The notes: a model not told the origin generated them from the letters alone. Shown: positions 1 to 10,229, counted from the first letter of the whole stretch. The stretch: 61,030 bases of DNA, filler included, from an uncultured bacterium (GCA_964637655.1; 3 parts of 3 records of this genome joined end to end with filler, not necessarily neighbours in it); one strand, 5' to 3'. Numbers and translations: made by a program.

Positions 1-600
1 CGCGCGCGCGCAGGCCTGCGCCAGCGATTCCTCACCAAAGCCCTGCGCCGTGCGCAGGTACTCCGCGAACGCGCCCGTGCCGGCGAAGACCCCGCAGTCG
101 ATGCCGTCATATACGCGCAGCTGCTTGCTGATGGCGGTCACCTTCTCGTCGCGGTCCGCCTGTACCTTCATCCCGTCGTCGATATCATGGATGCTGCGGC
201 TGTCGCGATCGAGGCCCACCGTCGCGGCGCAGTCGCGCCGTCGCTCACCCCACACGCGGTGCACGAGGTCGGGCGACACGAGATGGTCGCTCATCAGCAG
301 CAGGAACTCCCCGCCTGCCGGCAGCGACTCGAGGCCAAGGCGCACCGAGATGCCGTTGCCGCGCGCGTAGTCGGGATTGTGCACGAAGTGCAGCCGGACC
401 TTGCACCGCCGTGTCCCGAGCGCCTGCTGCAGGGCCGCGCCCTCCCACCCCGTGACCACCCACGCCTCGCGCACGCCGTTGACCGCGAGCGCTTCGAGGA
501 TATGATTGATGAGCGGGCGCCCGTGCACGGGCGTGAGACACTTGTGCTCCCGTTGTCCCAGCCGCGTCCCCATGCCCGCCGCGATAATCAGCGCCTTCAT
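1..600 (-). CDS. NTP transferase family protein (choline-/inositol-phosphate cytidylyltransferase-like), 3' end outside window
   Basis: Not in ORF track; manual translation from ATG at 600 gives MKALIIAAGMGTRLG..HKCLTPVHGRPLINHIL..NPDYARGNGIS..LMSDH, a nucleotidyltransferase signature; frame open to the window edge. Confidence 0.85.
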   Translation of the reverse strand, partial: MKALIIAAGMGTRLGQREHKCLTPVHGRPLINHILEALAVNGVREAWVVTGWEGAALQQALGTRRCKVRLHFVHNPDYARGNGISVRLGLESLPAGGEFLLLMSDHLVSPDLVHRVWGERRRDCAATVGLDRDSRSIHDIDDGMKVQADRDEKVTAISKQLRVYDGIDCGVFAGTGAFAEYLRTAQGFGEESLAQACARA

Positions 601-608
601 ACGCAGTC

Positions 609-637
609 ACTATAACTCTCCGTCAGGCGAAAAGCAA
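609..637 (-). promoter_or_regulatory. Putative sigma70 promoter of the NTP transferase (near-leaderless)
   Basis: Minus strand TTGCTT-17-TATAGT, 8 nt before the ATG, no Shine-Dalgarno. Confidence 0.5.
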
Positions 638-667
638 ACGCGAAAACCGGGCGGTTGCGCGCGTGCA

Positions 668-696
668 TTGACGCCGGTTGCCGGCGGTGCTACGAT
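668..696 (+). promoter_or_regulatory. Sigma70 promoter
   Basis: TTGACG-17-TACGAT with TG extension; AGGAGG precedes ATG at 720. Confidence 0.65.
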
Positions 697-719
697 GCTG
701 CGATGATCAGGAGGCGGAT

Positions 720-2156
720 ATGACGCTGGGCGAAAGCGCTCCGGCTGCGGCGGCCGCAGGCGGACGACGGCAGTGGTGGCTCATCGGCGGCTGCGGCTGC
801 CTGCTGCTGCTTGCCGCCTGGTTCGCCGTCGGCGTGGTGCTCGTCGTGCGCGCGGTCGCGCACCGCCCCGGCCTGACGGAAACCGTGACGGAACTGGTGG
901 CCCCCGGCCACGACGCGGCGCCGCTGCCGGTCGCTGACGTCGCGCTCCCCGTCATGCATACCGATACCGCCTGGGTGTTCGTCGATATCGCCGCCTGCCG
1001 CGCCGACCTGCAGGCCGGCAACTTCGCCGCCCTGGAACAGTACTACCGCGCGCAACTCGCTGACCGCCTCGACTACGACGCCCGCTACAACCTCACGCAG
1101 TTCGTCCTGCAGCTGGGACGCAGCGACACCGGCATCGACGCCGCGCTGCAGGCATGGGCGGCGGCGCTGCCGCAATCGCACCTCGTGCACCTGCTGCTCG
1201 GGCGGCGCGCCATCGTCCGCGCCTGGGAGTCGCGCGGCAGCGACTGGGCGGCCACGGTCTCCGACCGCGGCTGGCGCGGCTTCCGGGCCGAACTGGCTGT
1301 TGCCGACCGCGCACTGCGCCGCGCCTATGACCTTGACCCGTCCGACCCGAACATCGGGGCGCAGGGCATCACCTGCGCCATGGGGCAGAGCGCGGGTGAG
1401 GCGGTGGAACGCGCCTGGTTCGACCGCGCCGTTGCCGCCGACCCGTACCACACCCTGGCGTGGCAGAGCCGCATGAACGCGCGCTATCCCAAGTGGGGCG
1501 GCTCGTGGGCGCAGGCGCGGGAGGTGGTCGACGTGGCGCTGCTGCTCACCGACAGCAACCCGCAACTCTTCGTTCTGCTCCCGCTCTGGCATGACGAGCA
1601 CGTGGCGCGGGCGACGGATAACAGCGGGAACAATGCGCGCGCCGACCGTCGCGCGGCGCAGCAGCAGGCCTATACCGGCGATCTGCGCGACGCGTACCGC
1701 GACGCTGCGGCCCGCTACCCGCTGGAATACGAGATCCACGCGCGCTACGCCTTTGCCGCCAGCACCAACCGCGAGCCGGACACTGCCATCCGCACGTTCC
1801 GCCATATCATCCCGCTGCTCGAGCACGGGCAGGTGATGCCCCTGCCGCACGACGAGGAGCGCAACGATCAGGCGCAGTACATCATCAACAAGTACGCGTG
1901 GATGCTCGCCACCTCGCGTGACAACCGCATCTACGACCCCGCGCGCGCGCTGGTCTACGCGAACAAAGCGGTGGCGCTGAATCCCGACTGGGAATGGGCG
2001 CTCGACACGCTCGCCTGCGCTTATGCCGCCAACGGACAGTTCGACCGGGCCATCGAGGCGCAGCGCGAGGCGCAGCGACACGGCAACGCCGGCTTCCAGC
2101 GGCACTGTGACGCGGATATCGCGAAGTACGAGCGCGGCGAGTCGCCGCGCTACTGA
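720..2156 (+). CDS. Membrane-anchored DUF4034/TPR-like protein
   Basis: N-terminal GCGC transmembrane helix, AWESRG and PKWGGSW motifs, C-terminal TPR-like helices; SD before ATG 720. Confidence 0.65.
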   Translation: MTLGESAPAAAAAGGRRQWWLIGGCGCLLLLAAWFAVGVVLVVRAVAHRPGLTETVTELVAPGHDAAPLPVADVALPVMHTDTAWVFVDIAACRADLQAGNFAALEQYYRAQLADRLDYDARYNLTQFVLQLGRSDTGIDAALQAWAAALPQSHLVHLLLGRRAIVRAWESRGSDWAATVSDRGWRGFRAELAVADRALRRAYDLDPSDPNIGAQGITCAMGQSAGEAVERAWFDRAVAADPYHTLAWQSRMNARYPKWGGSWAQAREVVDVALLLTDSNPQLFVLLPLWHDEHVARATDNSGNNARADRRAAQQQAYTGDLRDAYRDAAARYPLEYEIHARYAFAASTNREPDTAIRTFRHIIPLLEHGQVMPLPHDEERNDQAQYIINKYAWMLATSRDNRIYDPARALVYANKAVALNPDWEWALDTLACAYAANGQFDRAIEAQREAQRHGNAGFQRHCDADIAKYERGESPRY

Positions 2157-2167
2157 CGGGGATACCC

Positions 2168-3877
2168 ATGGCACGCAAACCGGCGAACCTCATCTACGCG
2201 GTCGACGAACCACCGCCGTGGGGCATGTCGTTCATCCTCGGCCTGCAGCATGTTTTTCTGCTCTCCATCGCCTTTATCTTTCCCGTGGTCGTCATCCAGG
2301 CCATCGGCGGCTCGGAGGCGATGGCGGAAAACCTCATCGCCATGGCGATGATCGCCACCGGGCTTGCCACCATCCTGCAGGGGCTGCCGCGCGGCCCCGT
2401 CGGCTCGGGCTATCTCTGCCCGCTGCTCAACGGGCCGGCCTACCTTTCCGCCTCGCTCCTCGCCGGGCAGGCCGGCGGCCTGCCGCTCATCTTCGGCATG
2501 ACCGCGGTCGGCGGCGTCTGCGAGGGATTGTTCTCCCGGCTGGTGCCGCGTCTGCGCGCGGTTTTCCCCCCGGCAGTGACCGGCACGGTCGTGTTCATGG
2601 TCGGCATCGAAGTCATCCGCGTGGCTATCCCGCTCTTTTTCGGCGGCACCGCGGCGGCGCCGCGGGTCGACGCCACCGCCACCTTCGTCGGCTGCGCCAC
2701 GTTCCTTGCCATGGCCGCGAGCAACGTCTGGGGGCGCGGCCGGTTCCGCCTCTATTCCGCGCTGGTCGGCCTGGGGGTGGGCTACTTCGTCGCGCTGCTT
2801 ACCGGCGTCCTGCCGCTGACCCGCGTCACGGAGTTCATCGCCACGCCGCTGCTGCGCGTCCCGCAGTTCGCCGCCTACGGCATGACGTTCTCCTGGGCGC
2901 TGCTGGTGCCCTTCCTCGTCGCCACGCTGTCGTCGGCACTCAAGACCATGGGCGACCTGACGACCTGCCAGAAAATGAACGATGCCGACTGGAAGCGCGC
3001 GGACATGCAGGTGCTGGGCCGGGGCGTGCTCGCCGGCGGTGCCGGCAACGTCATCTCCGGCCTGCTCGGGGCGCTCGGGCAGTCGGTCTCGTCGAGCAAT
3101 ATCGGGCTCGCCATCGCCACCGGCGCGGCCAGCCGGCGCATCGCCTGGACCATCGGCACCATCCTTATCGGGGCCGCCTTCCTCCCCAAGCTGGCCTTCA
3201 TCTTCGTCCTCATGCCGCGCCCGGTCATGGGCGCCGCGCTCGTCTTCTCGGTCAGTTTCATGATCGTTGCCGGCCTGCAGATCATCACCGCGCGCATGCT
3301 CGATGCGCGCAAGACCTTTGTCGTCGGGGTGGCGGTTATTTTCGGGCTCAGCGTCGATTTCTGCCCCGCCCTCTACGCGCAGCTGCCGCACTGGTGCCAG
3401 CCGCTGTGCGCCTCGTCGCTGTCGCTGGCCACCCTCGCCGCCGTGGTGCTCAACCTGTTCTTCCGCCTCGGGATCAGCCGCACGCTCGTGCTCGACCTGC
3501 GCACCGGCGAGGACGCCGCCGACACCATCTTCCGCGCCGTCGAGCAGCAGGGGGCGGCGTGGGGGGCGCGCCGCGAGGTGATGTACGCGGCCAAGGCGGC
3601 GCTCACCGAATTCATGGAAGCGGCGGCGGAACTGCCGCTCACCGACCCGGTTGTGCGGGTCACCCTGACGTTCGACGAGTTCAACCTCGACGCGCGCCTC
3701 CGCTACGCCGGGCCACTGCTCCCCGACGGGGCGGTGCGCCCGACCCGCGACGAACTGCGCACTGACCCGCAGGCGCCGCTGCGCCTTGCCGCCTTCCTGC
3801 TGCGCCAGTATGCCGACCGCGTCACCGGCACGGCGGTGCCCGGCGGCAGCGAAGTCACGCTGCATTTCGTGCACTGA
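2168..3877 (+). CDS. NCS2 (xanthine/uracil) permease with C-terminal cytoplasmic extension
   Basis: LGLQH motif, multiple TM helices, NCS2 signature SSSNIGLAIATG; about 135 aa soluble tail. Confidence 0.85.
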   Translation: MARKPANLIYAVDEPPPWGMSFILGLQHVFLLSIAFIFPVVVIQAIGGSEAMAENLIAMAMIATGLATILQGLPRGPVGSGYLCPLLNGPAYLSASLLAGQAGGLPLIFGMTAVGGVCEGLFSRLVPRLRAVFPPAVTGTVVFMVGIEVIRVAIPLFFGGTAAAPRVDATATFVGCATFLAMAASNVWGRGRFRLYSALVGLGVGYFVALLTGVLPLTRVTEFIATPLLRVPQFAAYGMTFSWALLVPFLVATLSSALKTMGDLTTCQKMNDADWKRADMQVLGRGVLAGGAGNVISGLLGALGQSVSSSNIGLAIATGAASRRIAWTIGTILIGAAFLPKLAFIFVLMPRPVMGAALVFSVSFMIVAGLQIITARMLDARKTFVVGVAVIFGLSVDFCPALYAQLPHWCQPLCASSLSLATLAAVVLNLFFRLGISRTLVLDLRTGEDAADTIFRAVEQQGAAWGARREVMYAAKAALTEFMEAAAELPLTDPVVRVTLTFDEFNLDARLRYAGPLLPDGAVRPTRDELRTDPQAPLRLAAFLLRQYADRVTGTAVPGGSEVTLHFVH

Positions 3878-5868
3878 TGTTCGTCCGCCGCCTGCTGCTG
3901 CTCCTCACCGGCCTGCTGCTGGTGAGCGGGCTGAGCGCGCTGTTGCTCACCGCTCTGGTGCTGCGCGCGGCTGTGGGTGGACAGGTGGCACGGGCGGCGG
4001 ACAATGGCGTGCGCCAGCTGGCGGCGCGCATCGACGGGGCGGCGCGCGAAATCGACCGCTACCGCGCCGCGGCGCTGGCTGCCCGCCGCCGGCAGCTCGA
4101 AGACGCCGCCGGCCTGCTCGTCGCGCACTTTGACGCCCACCGCGCGCTGGCTGCCGCCGGCCGTCTGACCGACGCCGAGGCGCGGCAGCGCGCGTACGCT
4201 GCCGCCGGCACCATGCGCTACGGGCATGACGACTACTATTTCGTCTACGACCGCCAGGGTGTGAACCTGGCCCATGCCGATCCCGCCATCCGCGGGCGGA
4301 ACATGCTCGGGTTCCGCGATGTGCGTGGCGCGCTGGCAACGCAGCAGATGCTGGCCGTCGCCGCGGCCGCCGATTCCGGGTATCTCACCTTCTGGTTCTG
4401 CCGCCTCGGTGACAGCGTGCCGTCGGAGAAACTCAGCTGCATCCGCCGCTACGAGCCGTGGCAGTGCGTCATCGGTACCGGGGTCTATATCGACGACATC
4501 GAGCGCGAGGTTGCCGCCTACCGCGCGCAGCTCATCGCGTCGCTGCGCGCGGAACTGACGGGGCTCGGGCCCGGCCCGCACAGCCGCTTCGTCATTATCG
4601 ACCGGCAGGGCGGTGTCATCGCCCATGCGCAGGGCCTGACGGCACTGGCGCGGACGGATGTGCGGGTGGCGGAGGCGGCCCGGGCTGTGCACGCCGGCAC
4701 GGTGTACCGCGGCCCGTTCGACGACGGGATGACCCCGGTGACGGTGCGCGGCCGGCACAGCGCGCCTGCCGACTGGTATATCCTGGCGGTGCTCGACGAC
4801 CGCGACCTGGACGGGCCGGTGCACCGGGCGCTGGCGCTGCAGTGCGCGCTGCTGCTGCTTGCCACGCTCGCCGCCATCCTCGCCGCGCTTGTCCTCGCGC
4901 GGCGGCTGACCCGTCCGCTGCCGCTGCTGGCGGCACAGGCGCAGGCGCTGGCGACGGGCGGATTCGGAGCGCTCGACGGGGCCGCGGGTGCGTGCCGCGA
5001 ACTGGCTGCCGGGCGCGACGACGAACTGGGTAAACTGGCGCAGGCGCTGGCGACCATGACCGCCGCGCTGCAGCGGCATGTCGCGGAACTGGCGGATGCC
5101 ACCGCGGCGCGCGAACGCATGGCGAGCGAACTGCGCATCGCCCGCGATATCCAGATGGCGATGCTCACCCCGCCGGCGGTGCCGCCCGGAGCGCCGTATG
5201 AACTCGCGGCCTATCTCGCCCCCGCCCGGGAGATCGGCGGCGACCTCTACCTGTGCCTGCCGCTCGCCGATGGACGCCTCCTGCTGGCGGTCGGCGATGT
5301 CTCCGGCAAGGGGGTCCCCGCCGCCCTGCTGATGGCGCGCACGGTCACCGCGCTGCGCCTGCTCGCCGCCGGTGACGCGGCCGGCGATCCGCCGCGCCTG
5401 CTGGCGCGGCTCAATGCCGAACTGGTGCGGGATAACGACCAGTGCCATTTTGTCACGCTCTGGTGCGGGGTCTACACCCCCGCCACCGGCGTGCTCGCCT
5501 ATGCCGGCGCCGGGCACTGCCTGCCGCTGCTGCGCGAAGCCGCAGGCGGTGTGCGTGCCGGTGAGCAGTTGCGCGGCGGGCCGCTCGGCCTGCGGGAACA
5601 GGCGGTGTTCACGGGCACCGCGCTTACCCTGCCGCCGGGCGCCACGCTGCTCGTCTACACCGACGGCGTGACGGAGGCGCAGAATGCGACCGGCGGGTTT
5701 TACGGCGACGAACGCCTGGGTGACTGGTTCGCGGCGCGGCCGTCCGGTGAAACGGCAACTGCACTGGTGGCGGCGCTGGTGGCCGAGGTGGCGGCTTTTG
5801 CCGCCGGCGCGCCGCCGGCCGACGACCTGACTACGCTGGCGCTGCGGCGCCAGCCCGCGGGAGAGTAG
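3877..5868 (+). CDS. Cache-HAMP-PP2C (SpoIIE/RsbU-like) serine phosphatase
   Basis: Cache motifs (DYYFVYD, IGTGVYIDDI), HAMP DELGKLA, PP2C motifs GGDLY, GDVSGKG, YTDGVTEA, DDLT. Confidence 0.9.
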   Translation: MFVRRLLLLLTGLLLVSGLSALLLTALVLRAAVGGQVARAADNGVRQLAARIDGAAREIDRYRAAALAARRRQLEDAAGLLVAHFDAHRALAAAGRLTDAEARQRAYAAAGTMRYGHDDYYFVYDRQGVNLAHADPAIRGRNMLGFRDVRGALATQQMLAVAAAADSGYLTFWFCRLGDSVPSEKLSCIRRYEPWQCVIGTGVYIDDIEREVAAYRAQLIASLRAELTGLGPGPHSRFVIIDRQGGVIAHAQGLTALARTDVRVAEAARAVHAGTVYRGPFDDGMTPVTVRGRHSAPADWYILAVLDDRDLDGPVHRALALQCALLLLATLAAILAALVLARRLTRPLPLLAAQAQALATGGFGALDGAAGACRELAAGRDDELGKLAQALATMTAALQRHVAELADATAARERMASELRIARDIQMAMLTPPAVPPGAPYELAAYLAPAREIGGDLYLCLPLADGRLLLAVGDVSGKGVPAALLMARTVTALRLLAAGDAAGDPPRLLARLNAELVRDNDQCHFVTLWCGVYTPATGVLAYAGAGHCLPLLREAAGGVRAGEQLRGGPLGLREQAVFTGTALTLPPGATLLVYTDGVTEAQNATGGFYGDERLGDWFAARPSGETATALVAALVAEVAAFAAGAPPADDLTTLALRRQPAGE

Positions 5869-5873
5869 ACGCG

Positions 5874-6218
5874 ATGCAACTGACGGAACTACGGCAGGGG
5901 AATGTGGTGGTGCTGGCGGTGCGCGGGCGGCTTGACGCGCTGACGGCGCCGGAACTGCTGCAGCGGGGCAGCGCGCTCTTCGCGCGCGGCGACCGGTGCC
6001 TGCTCATCGACTGCAGCAACCTCGAATACCTGAGCAGCGGCGGCGTGCGCGCCTTTTTCGCCCTCGGCCGGCAGGTGCCTGCGGGCGGGACACTGGCCTT
6101 TGCCGGGCCTGACGCCAACGTGCGCAAGGTCATGGTTATGGTCGAACTCGACCGCGATTATACCGTGTATGCCGATGTGCCCGCGGCGCTCACCGCGCTC
6201 GCGGAGACGGGCGGATGA
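5874..6218 (+). CDS. STAS anti-sigma factor antagonist (RsbV-like)
   Basis: GRLDA and [10 protein letters not shown] phosphorylatable Ser motif. Confidence 0.9.
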   Translation: MQLTELRQGNVVVLAVRGRLDALTAPELLQRGSALFARGDRCLLIDCSNLEYLSSGGVRAFFALGRQVPAGGTLAFAGPDANVRKVMVMVELDRDYTVYADVPAALTALAETGG

Positions 6219-7291
6219 CCCGTGGTGCGCGCCTGCGCCTGCTCGTGCTGTCGCTGCTGCTGGGCGTACTGCTTGCCGCCTATGTCCGTTCCGGAGGGAC
6301 ACCCATGACCGGCACCAATGATACCGCCTGCACCCCGGAGGCCTGCACCTGGCCGACCGACGACGCAGAATTGCGCCGCCTGCTTACGCCCGAACAGTAC
6401 CGCATCGTGCGCGAAAACGGCACCGAGCAGCCCTTCGCCAACGCGTACTGGAACCACCACGACACCGGTATCTACGTCGATGTCGTCTCGGGGGAAGCGC
6501 TCTTTGCCTCGACCGACAAGTTCAACTCCGGTACCGGGTGGCCGAGTTTCATCCGCCCGGTTACCCCGGACGCGGTGGTCGAGCGGCGCGACAGCAGCCA
6601 CGGGATGACCCGCACCGAGGTGCGCAGCGCGCGCGCCAACTCACATCTCGGGCATCGCTTCGACGACGGGCCCGCCCCGACGGGGCTGCGCTACTGCATC
6701 AATTCCGCCGCCTTGCGTTTCGTCCCGGTGGACGAACTGGCGGCGGGCGGCTACGGCGCGCTGCTGCCCCGCTTCGGACGCAGCGCCGACACCGTTGCCA
6801 ACATCGCCATCTTCGGCGCCGGTTGCTTCTGGGGAGCGGAAGCATATTTCCGCCGTGTGCGCGGCGTGCGCACGGTTGCGGTCGGCTATGCCGGCGGCAC
6901 CGTGCCGTCGCCCACCTATGAGCAGGTGTGCAACGGTACCACCGGGCATGCCGAGGTGGTGCGTCTCACCTTCGACCCCACCATCATCACCTACGAACAA
7001 CTGCTGCGCCATTTCCTGCGCATGCATGATCCGACCTCGCTCAACCGGCAGGGGAATGACCGCGGCACGCAGTACCGCTCCCTTATCGTCGCCACGACCG
7101 CCGCGCAGGAGCAGGCGGCGCGCGCGGTATTGCAGCGCGCCGCGGCCCGCTATCCGCGCCCCCTCGTCACGGAACTCAGCCGCGCCGACGCCTTCTGGCC
7201 GGCCGAGGACTACCATCAGGACTACCTCGGGCAGAATCCCGGCGGCTACTGCCACGTCGACCTCGACCTGGCCGCGCAGCCGCTCGATTGA
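6215..7291 (+). CDS. msrAB: Bifunctional methionine sulfoxide reductase MsrB-MsrA with N-terminal signal/TM
   Basis: Msr[19 protein letters not shown]; Msr[22 protein letters not shown]. Confidence 0.95.
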   Translation: MTRGARLRLLVLSLLLGVLLAAYVRSGGTPMTGTNDTACTPEACTWPTDDAELRRLLTPEQYRIVRENGTEQPFANAYWNHHDTGIYVDVVSGEALFASTDKFNSGTGWPSFIRPVTPDAVVERRDSSHGMTRTEVRSARANSHLGHRFDDGPAPTGLRYCINSAALRFVPVDELAAGGYGALLPRFGRSADTVANIAIFGAGCFWGAEAYFRRVRGVRTVAVGYAGGTVPSPTYEQVCNGTTGHAEVVRLTFDPTIITYEQLLRHFLRMHDPTSLNRQGNDRGTQYRSLIVATTAAQEQAARAVLQRAAARYPRPLVTELSRADAFWPAEDYHQDYLGQNPGGYCHVDLDLAAQPLD

Positions 7292-7316
7292 CCGGAAGGC
7301 AGATGCTTGGTACGAT
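7288..7316 (+). promoter_or_regulatory. Putative sigma70 promoter
   Basis: TTGACC-17-TACGAT with TG extension. Confidence 0.5.
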
Positions 7317-7354
7317 GCCGGCAGGGATGCAACGTTGCAGTCGGTTCCATGTTT

Positions 7355-7463
7355 TCCTCTCCCGCCGGGAGAGGAAGCCGCAGGGCGGCAGGTGAGGGGT
7401 GCACAATTGGACGTAGCCCCTCACCCGACGCTGCGCGTCGCCCTCTCCCCGGGGGAGAGGGGA
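7355..7463. repeat. Inverted pair of BoxC/REP-like palindromic units (CCCTCACCC..CCCTCTCCC..GGGAGAGG)
   Basis: cctctcccgccgggagagg..aggtgagggg facing cccctcacccgacgctgcgcgtcgccctctccccgggggagaggg; related units at 45991-46077. Confidence 0.75.
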
Positions 7464-7507
7464 CTACTGGCAGAACAGTGCTGTTGAAGTAACTTGAGGG
7501 GAAGAAC

Positions 7508-7738
7508 ATGGCTGAACCGGCGGTGCAACGCTTCCTGGTGTGCGTCAACAACCGTGGGTATGCGGTTTCCCTGGAAAAGCGGAAAATCCATGTGGCGTTG
7601 CCTGACAGTGAGGCGGACAAACACGGGCAGGTGCGCGTTATCGATGAATCGGGAGAGGAGTATCTCTATCCGCAGTCGATGTTCATCGAAATTTCCCTGC
7701 CGGTTGCCGTGCAACGGGCTGTGACGAAAGCAGCATGA
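7508..7738 (+). CDS. Small conserved hypothetical protein
   Basis: SD GAGGGG; CVNNxGY..SLEKRKI..RVIDESGEEYLYP pattern resembles a small uncharacterised family. Confidence 0.7.
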   Translation: MAEPAVQRFLVCVNNRGYAVSLEKRKIHVALPDSEADKHGQVRVIDESGEEYLYPQSMFIEISLPVAVQRAVTKAA

Positions 7739-8241
7739 GTGTAATAACCGGCCGCAAAATTTCCGCCATGAGTCACGAAGATGCGCAGTGCGCGCAGGAA
7801 ATGCTGCGCCTGCTGGCCACCACACGCACCATCGCCCTTGTCGCCATCATCGGTGGCACCCTCCCCATTGCCGGCATCATCGTCTGGCAGCTGCAGGGGC
7901 AGCTGCCGCTGGCGGCGCTCGCCGGTATTGCCACGCTCATTGTCGTCATGGACATCGTCGGGGCTGCTGTCATCTGGCAGGTCATGGGGCGGCAGCAGGC
8001 GGCGCTGGCCGACGAGGTGCAGCGCGGGCAGGTCGAGGAGATCATCTGCACGCTTCCCGACGGACTGCTCTGGTACAGCACGCTCGCCCGGGAGTGCAAT
8101 CTGCCCGAGGGGAAGGCGTCAGGCGCGCCCCGCGCCGTGCGCACGCTGCAGCTGCTGCGCCGCAAACTGCACCCCGGACAGCAGGTGCGCCTGCGTGTGC
8201 TGCCGCAGAGCCGCCAGCTCCTCAGCGCCGCACCCTGCTGA
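7735..8241 (+). CDS. Hypothetical membrane protein (2 TM)
   Basis: ATGA overlap with upstream gene, two hydrophobic helices. Confidence 0.6.
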   Translation: MSVITGRKISAMSHEDAQCAQEMLRLLATTRTIALVAIIGGTLPIAGIIVWQLQGQLPLAALAGIATLIVVMDIVGAAVIWQVMGRQQAALADEVQRGQVEEIICTLPDGLLWYSTLARECNLPEGKASGAPRAVRTLQLLRRKLHPGQQVRLRVLPQSRQLLSAAPC

Positions 8242-8269
8242 TTGACAGGCGGCGCGGCTGTGATAGAAT
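8242..8269 (+). promoter_or_regulatory. Promoter of hicBA
   Basis: TTGACA-16-TAGAAT with TG extension; GGAGG SD downstream. Confidence 0.65.
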
Positions 8270-8289
8270 CATGCCTGCGGAGGTGACAC

Positions 8290-8484
8290 ATGCAATACCG
8301 TGTGGTGCTGAAAAAAAATCGTGAGGGGTATGCGGTACACTGCCCGGGACTGCCCGGCTGCTGGTCGCAGGGCAAAACGCGCAAAGAGGCGCTGGCCAAC
8401 ATCGCGGCAGCGATAAAACTGTATCTGGAAACAGTGGAGGAACTGACCGGCAGGACGTCCACTGCCCTGGTTGATGTTGCCTGA
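8290..8484 (+). CDS. hicB: HicB family antitoxin (short form)
   Basis: YAVHCPGLPGCWSQGKTRKEALANI signature. Confidence 0.9.
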   Translation: MQYRVVLKKNREGYAVHCPGLPGCWSQGKTRKEALANIAAAIKLYLETVEELTGRTSTALVDVA

Positions 8485-8696
8485 TGCCGCGTCTGCCGGG
8501 CAGCAGCCATCTGCGGGCGATTGCCGCGCTGCAGAAGGCGGGGTTCCGCGTGGTACGGCAGGGGAAGCATACGGCGATGACCGACGGGCAGCGCATCCTG
8601 ATCATCCCGCGCGCCAATCCCGTCAACGCGTTCACCATGGGCGGTATCGCCCGTGATGCCGGCCTGACGCCGCAGCAGTTCCGGCGCCTGCTCTGA
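8484..8696 (+). CDS. hicA: HicA family toxin
   Basis: LQKAGFRVVRQGKH..GIARDAGLT; TGATG coupling with hicB. Confidence 0.85.
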   Translation: MPRLPGSSHLRAIAALQKAGFRVVRQGKHTAMTDGQRILIIPRANPVNAFTMGGIARDAGLTPQQFRRLL

Positions 8697-8699
8697 CCG

Positions 8700-10229
8700 A
8701 TGCGGCCACCCGTCAGCGGCAACGTCATCCTGAAACTTATCCTCCCCGGGGTGGTGGCCAATCTCCTCGGGGCGCTCTTCACCATCCTCTACTTCGCCTA
8801 CTTTTCCGTGCATGTGCCCGCCGCCATCGCGCCGCAGGCATTCGCCACCGCCGCGGCGGTGGCCACGCTCTTCTGCCTCAGCGGCGTGACGGTCAACTAC
8901 TTCCGCCCTGAACCGAAGACCATCCGGCGTTATTTCAGCACGGGCGAGGAAGCGCCCGCGGCGCTGGAACATCTCGCGCTGCTGCCGCGCGCGGCGGCCG
9001 GTATCGCTTTCCGTCACTGGTGCGGCGGCGGCCTGCTGTTTGCCGCCCTGTACTGGACTGACGCCGTTACGGGAAAAATATTCGGCGGCGGCATGCCGCC
9101 CGGCGACGCGTGGTATATCCTTTTCGGCACCGTCGGCGTCGGCGGCGTCTTTTCCGCGCTCGCCACCTTCCTGCTGCTCGAGCACGCGGTCGCCGCCGCG
9201 CTGCCGCGCCTCTTTCCGGCTGACCTGCTCGCGGGACGGCAGCCGTCCCGCCTCTTCGGGCTGCGCGTGCGCCTCATCGCGCTCTTCCTCGCCACCGGGG
9301 GCGTCCCTGCGGCTACCATCGGGGTCATCGTGCTGATGATGCGCCTCGACCTCCTTGCCGGGCTGGCGCTCGTCGTCGCGCTCTTTGCCGTGCTCGCCGC
9401 TGTCGGGGTCGCGCTCCTTGTCGCGCGCAGCGTCGGTGCCCCGGTGGAGACGCTGCTCGCCGCGGCGCGGCGCGTGCGCGCGGGTGACCTCGACGCGGCG
9501 GTGCCCGTCACCGCCGCCGACGAACTGGGCGACCTGCAGGCGGGCTTCAACCTCATGCTGCGCGGGCTGCGCGAGCGCGACTACATCCGCGACGTCTTCG
9601 GGCGTTATGTCACCGCGCAGGTGGTTGACGAGGTGCTCAGCGGGCAGTTGCGCATGGGAGGCGAGACGCGGCAGGCGACCATCCTCATGTCCGATATCCG
9701 CGGCTTCACCCGCATGGCGTCCGTGCTCTCCCCCGCCGAGGTGGTCGCCTTCCTCAACGATTACCTGACCCACATGGTCGACGCGGTGGTGGCGGAGGAG
9801 GGACGGCTCGACAAGTTCATCGGGGACGGGCTGCTTGCCGTCTTCGGGGCGCCGCAGGAGCATCCTGACGACCCGCAGCGCGCCTGCCGCGTGGCGCTGC
9901 GCATGCGCACCGTGCTCGCGGAACTCAACGCGCAGCGCGCGGCGCAGGGGCTGGCGCCCATCGCCATCGGTATCGGCATCCACACCGGGCCGGTGGTGGC
10001 GGGGAATATCGGTTCCGCCCGGAAAATGGAGTATACCGTGATCGGCGACACCGTCAACGTCGCCTCGCGCATCGAGCAGCTCACCAAGCAGTACGGGACC
10101 GACATCATCGTCAGCGCCGCGACCCGCGCCGCCGTCGGTGAGGCGTTCGTGCTGCGTGAACTCCCCCCCGCACAGGTGGCCGGCAAGGATGAACCGCTGC
10201 TCGTCTTCGCCCTGGAGGGCGGCGCCTGA
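8700..10229 (+). CDS. Membrane class III adenylate cyclase with HAMP domain
   Basis: TM helices, HAMP, SDIRGFT, DKFIGDG, YTVIGDTVNVASRIE. Confidence 0.92.
   Translation: MRPPVSGNVILKLILPGVVANLLGALFTILYFAYFSVHVPAAIAPQAFATAAAVATLFCLSGVTVNYFRPEPKTIRRYFSTGEEAPAALEHLALLPRAAAGIAFRHWCGGGLLFAALYWTDAVTGKIFGGGMPPGDAWYILFGTVGVGGVFSALATFLLLEHAVAAALPRLFPADLLAGRQPSRLFGLRVRLIALFLATGGVPAATIGVIVLMMRLDLLAGLALVVALFAVLAAVGVALLVARSVGAPVETLLAAARRVRAGDLDAAVPVTAADELGDLQAGFNLMLRGLRERDYIRDVFGRYVTAQVVDEVLSGQLRMGGETRQATILMSDIRGFTRMASVLSPAEVVAFLNDYLTHMVDAVVAEEGRLDKFIGDGLLAVFGAPQEHPDDPQRACRVALRMRTVLAELNAQRAAQGLAPIAIGIGIHTGPVVAGNIGSARKMEYTVIGDTVNVASRIEQLTKQYGTDIIVSAATRAAVGEAFVLRELPPAQVAGKDEPLLVFALEGGA

Noticed and set aside
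8290-8696. hicBA as an integron cassette
   Set aside because: No attC-family hairpin or core boxes flank it
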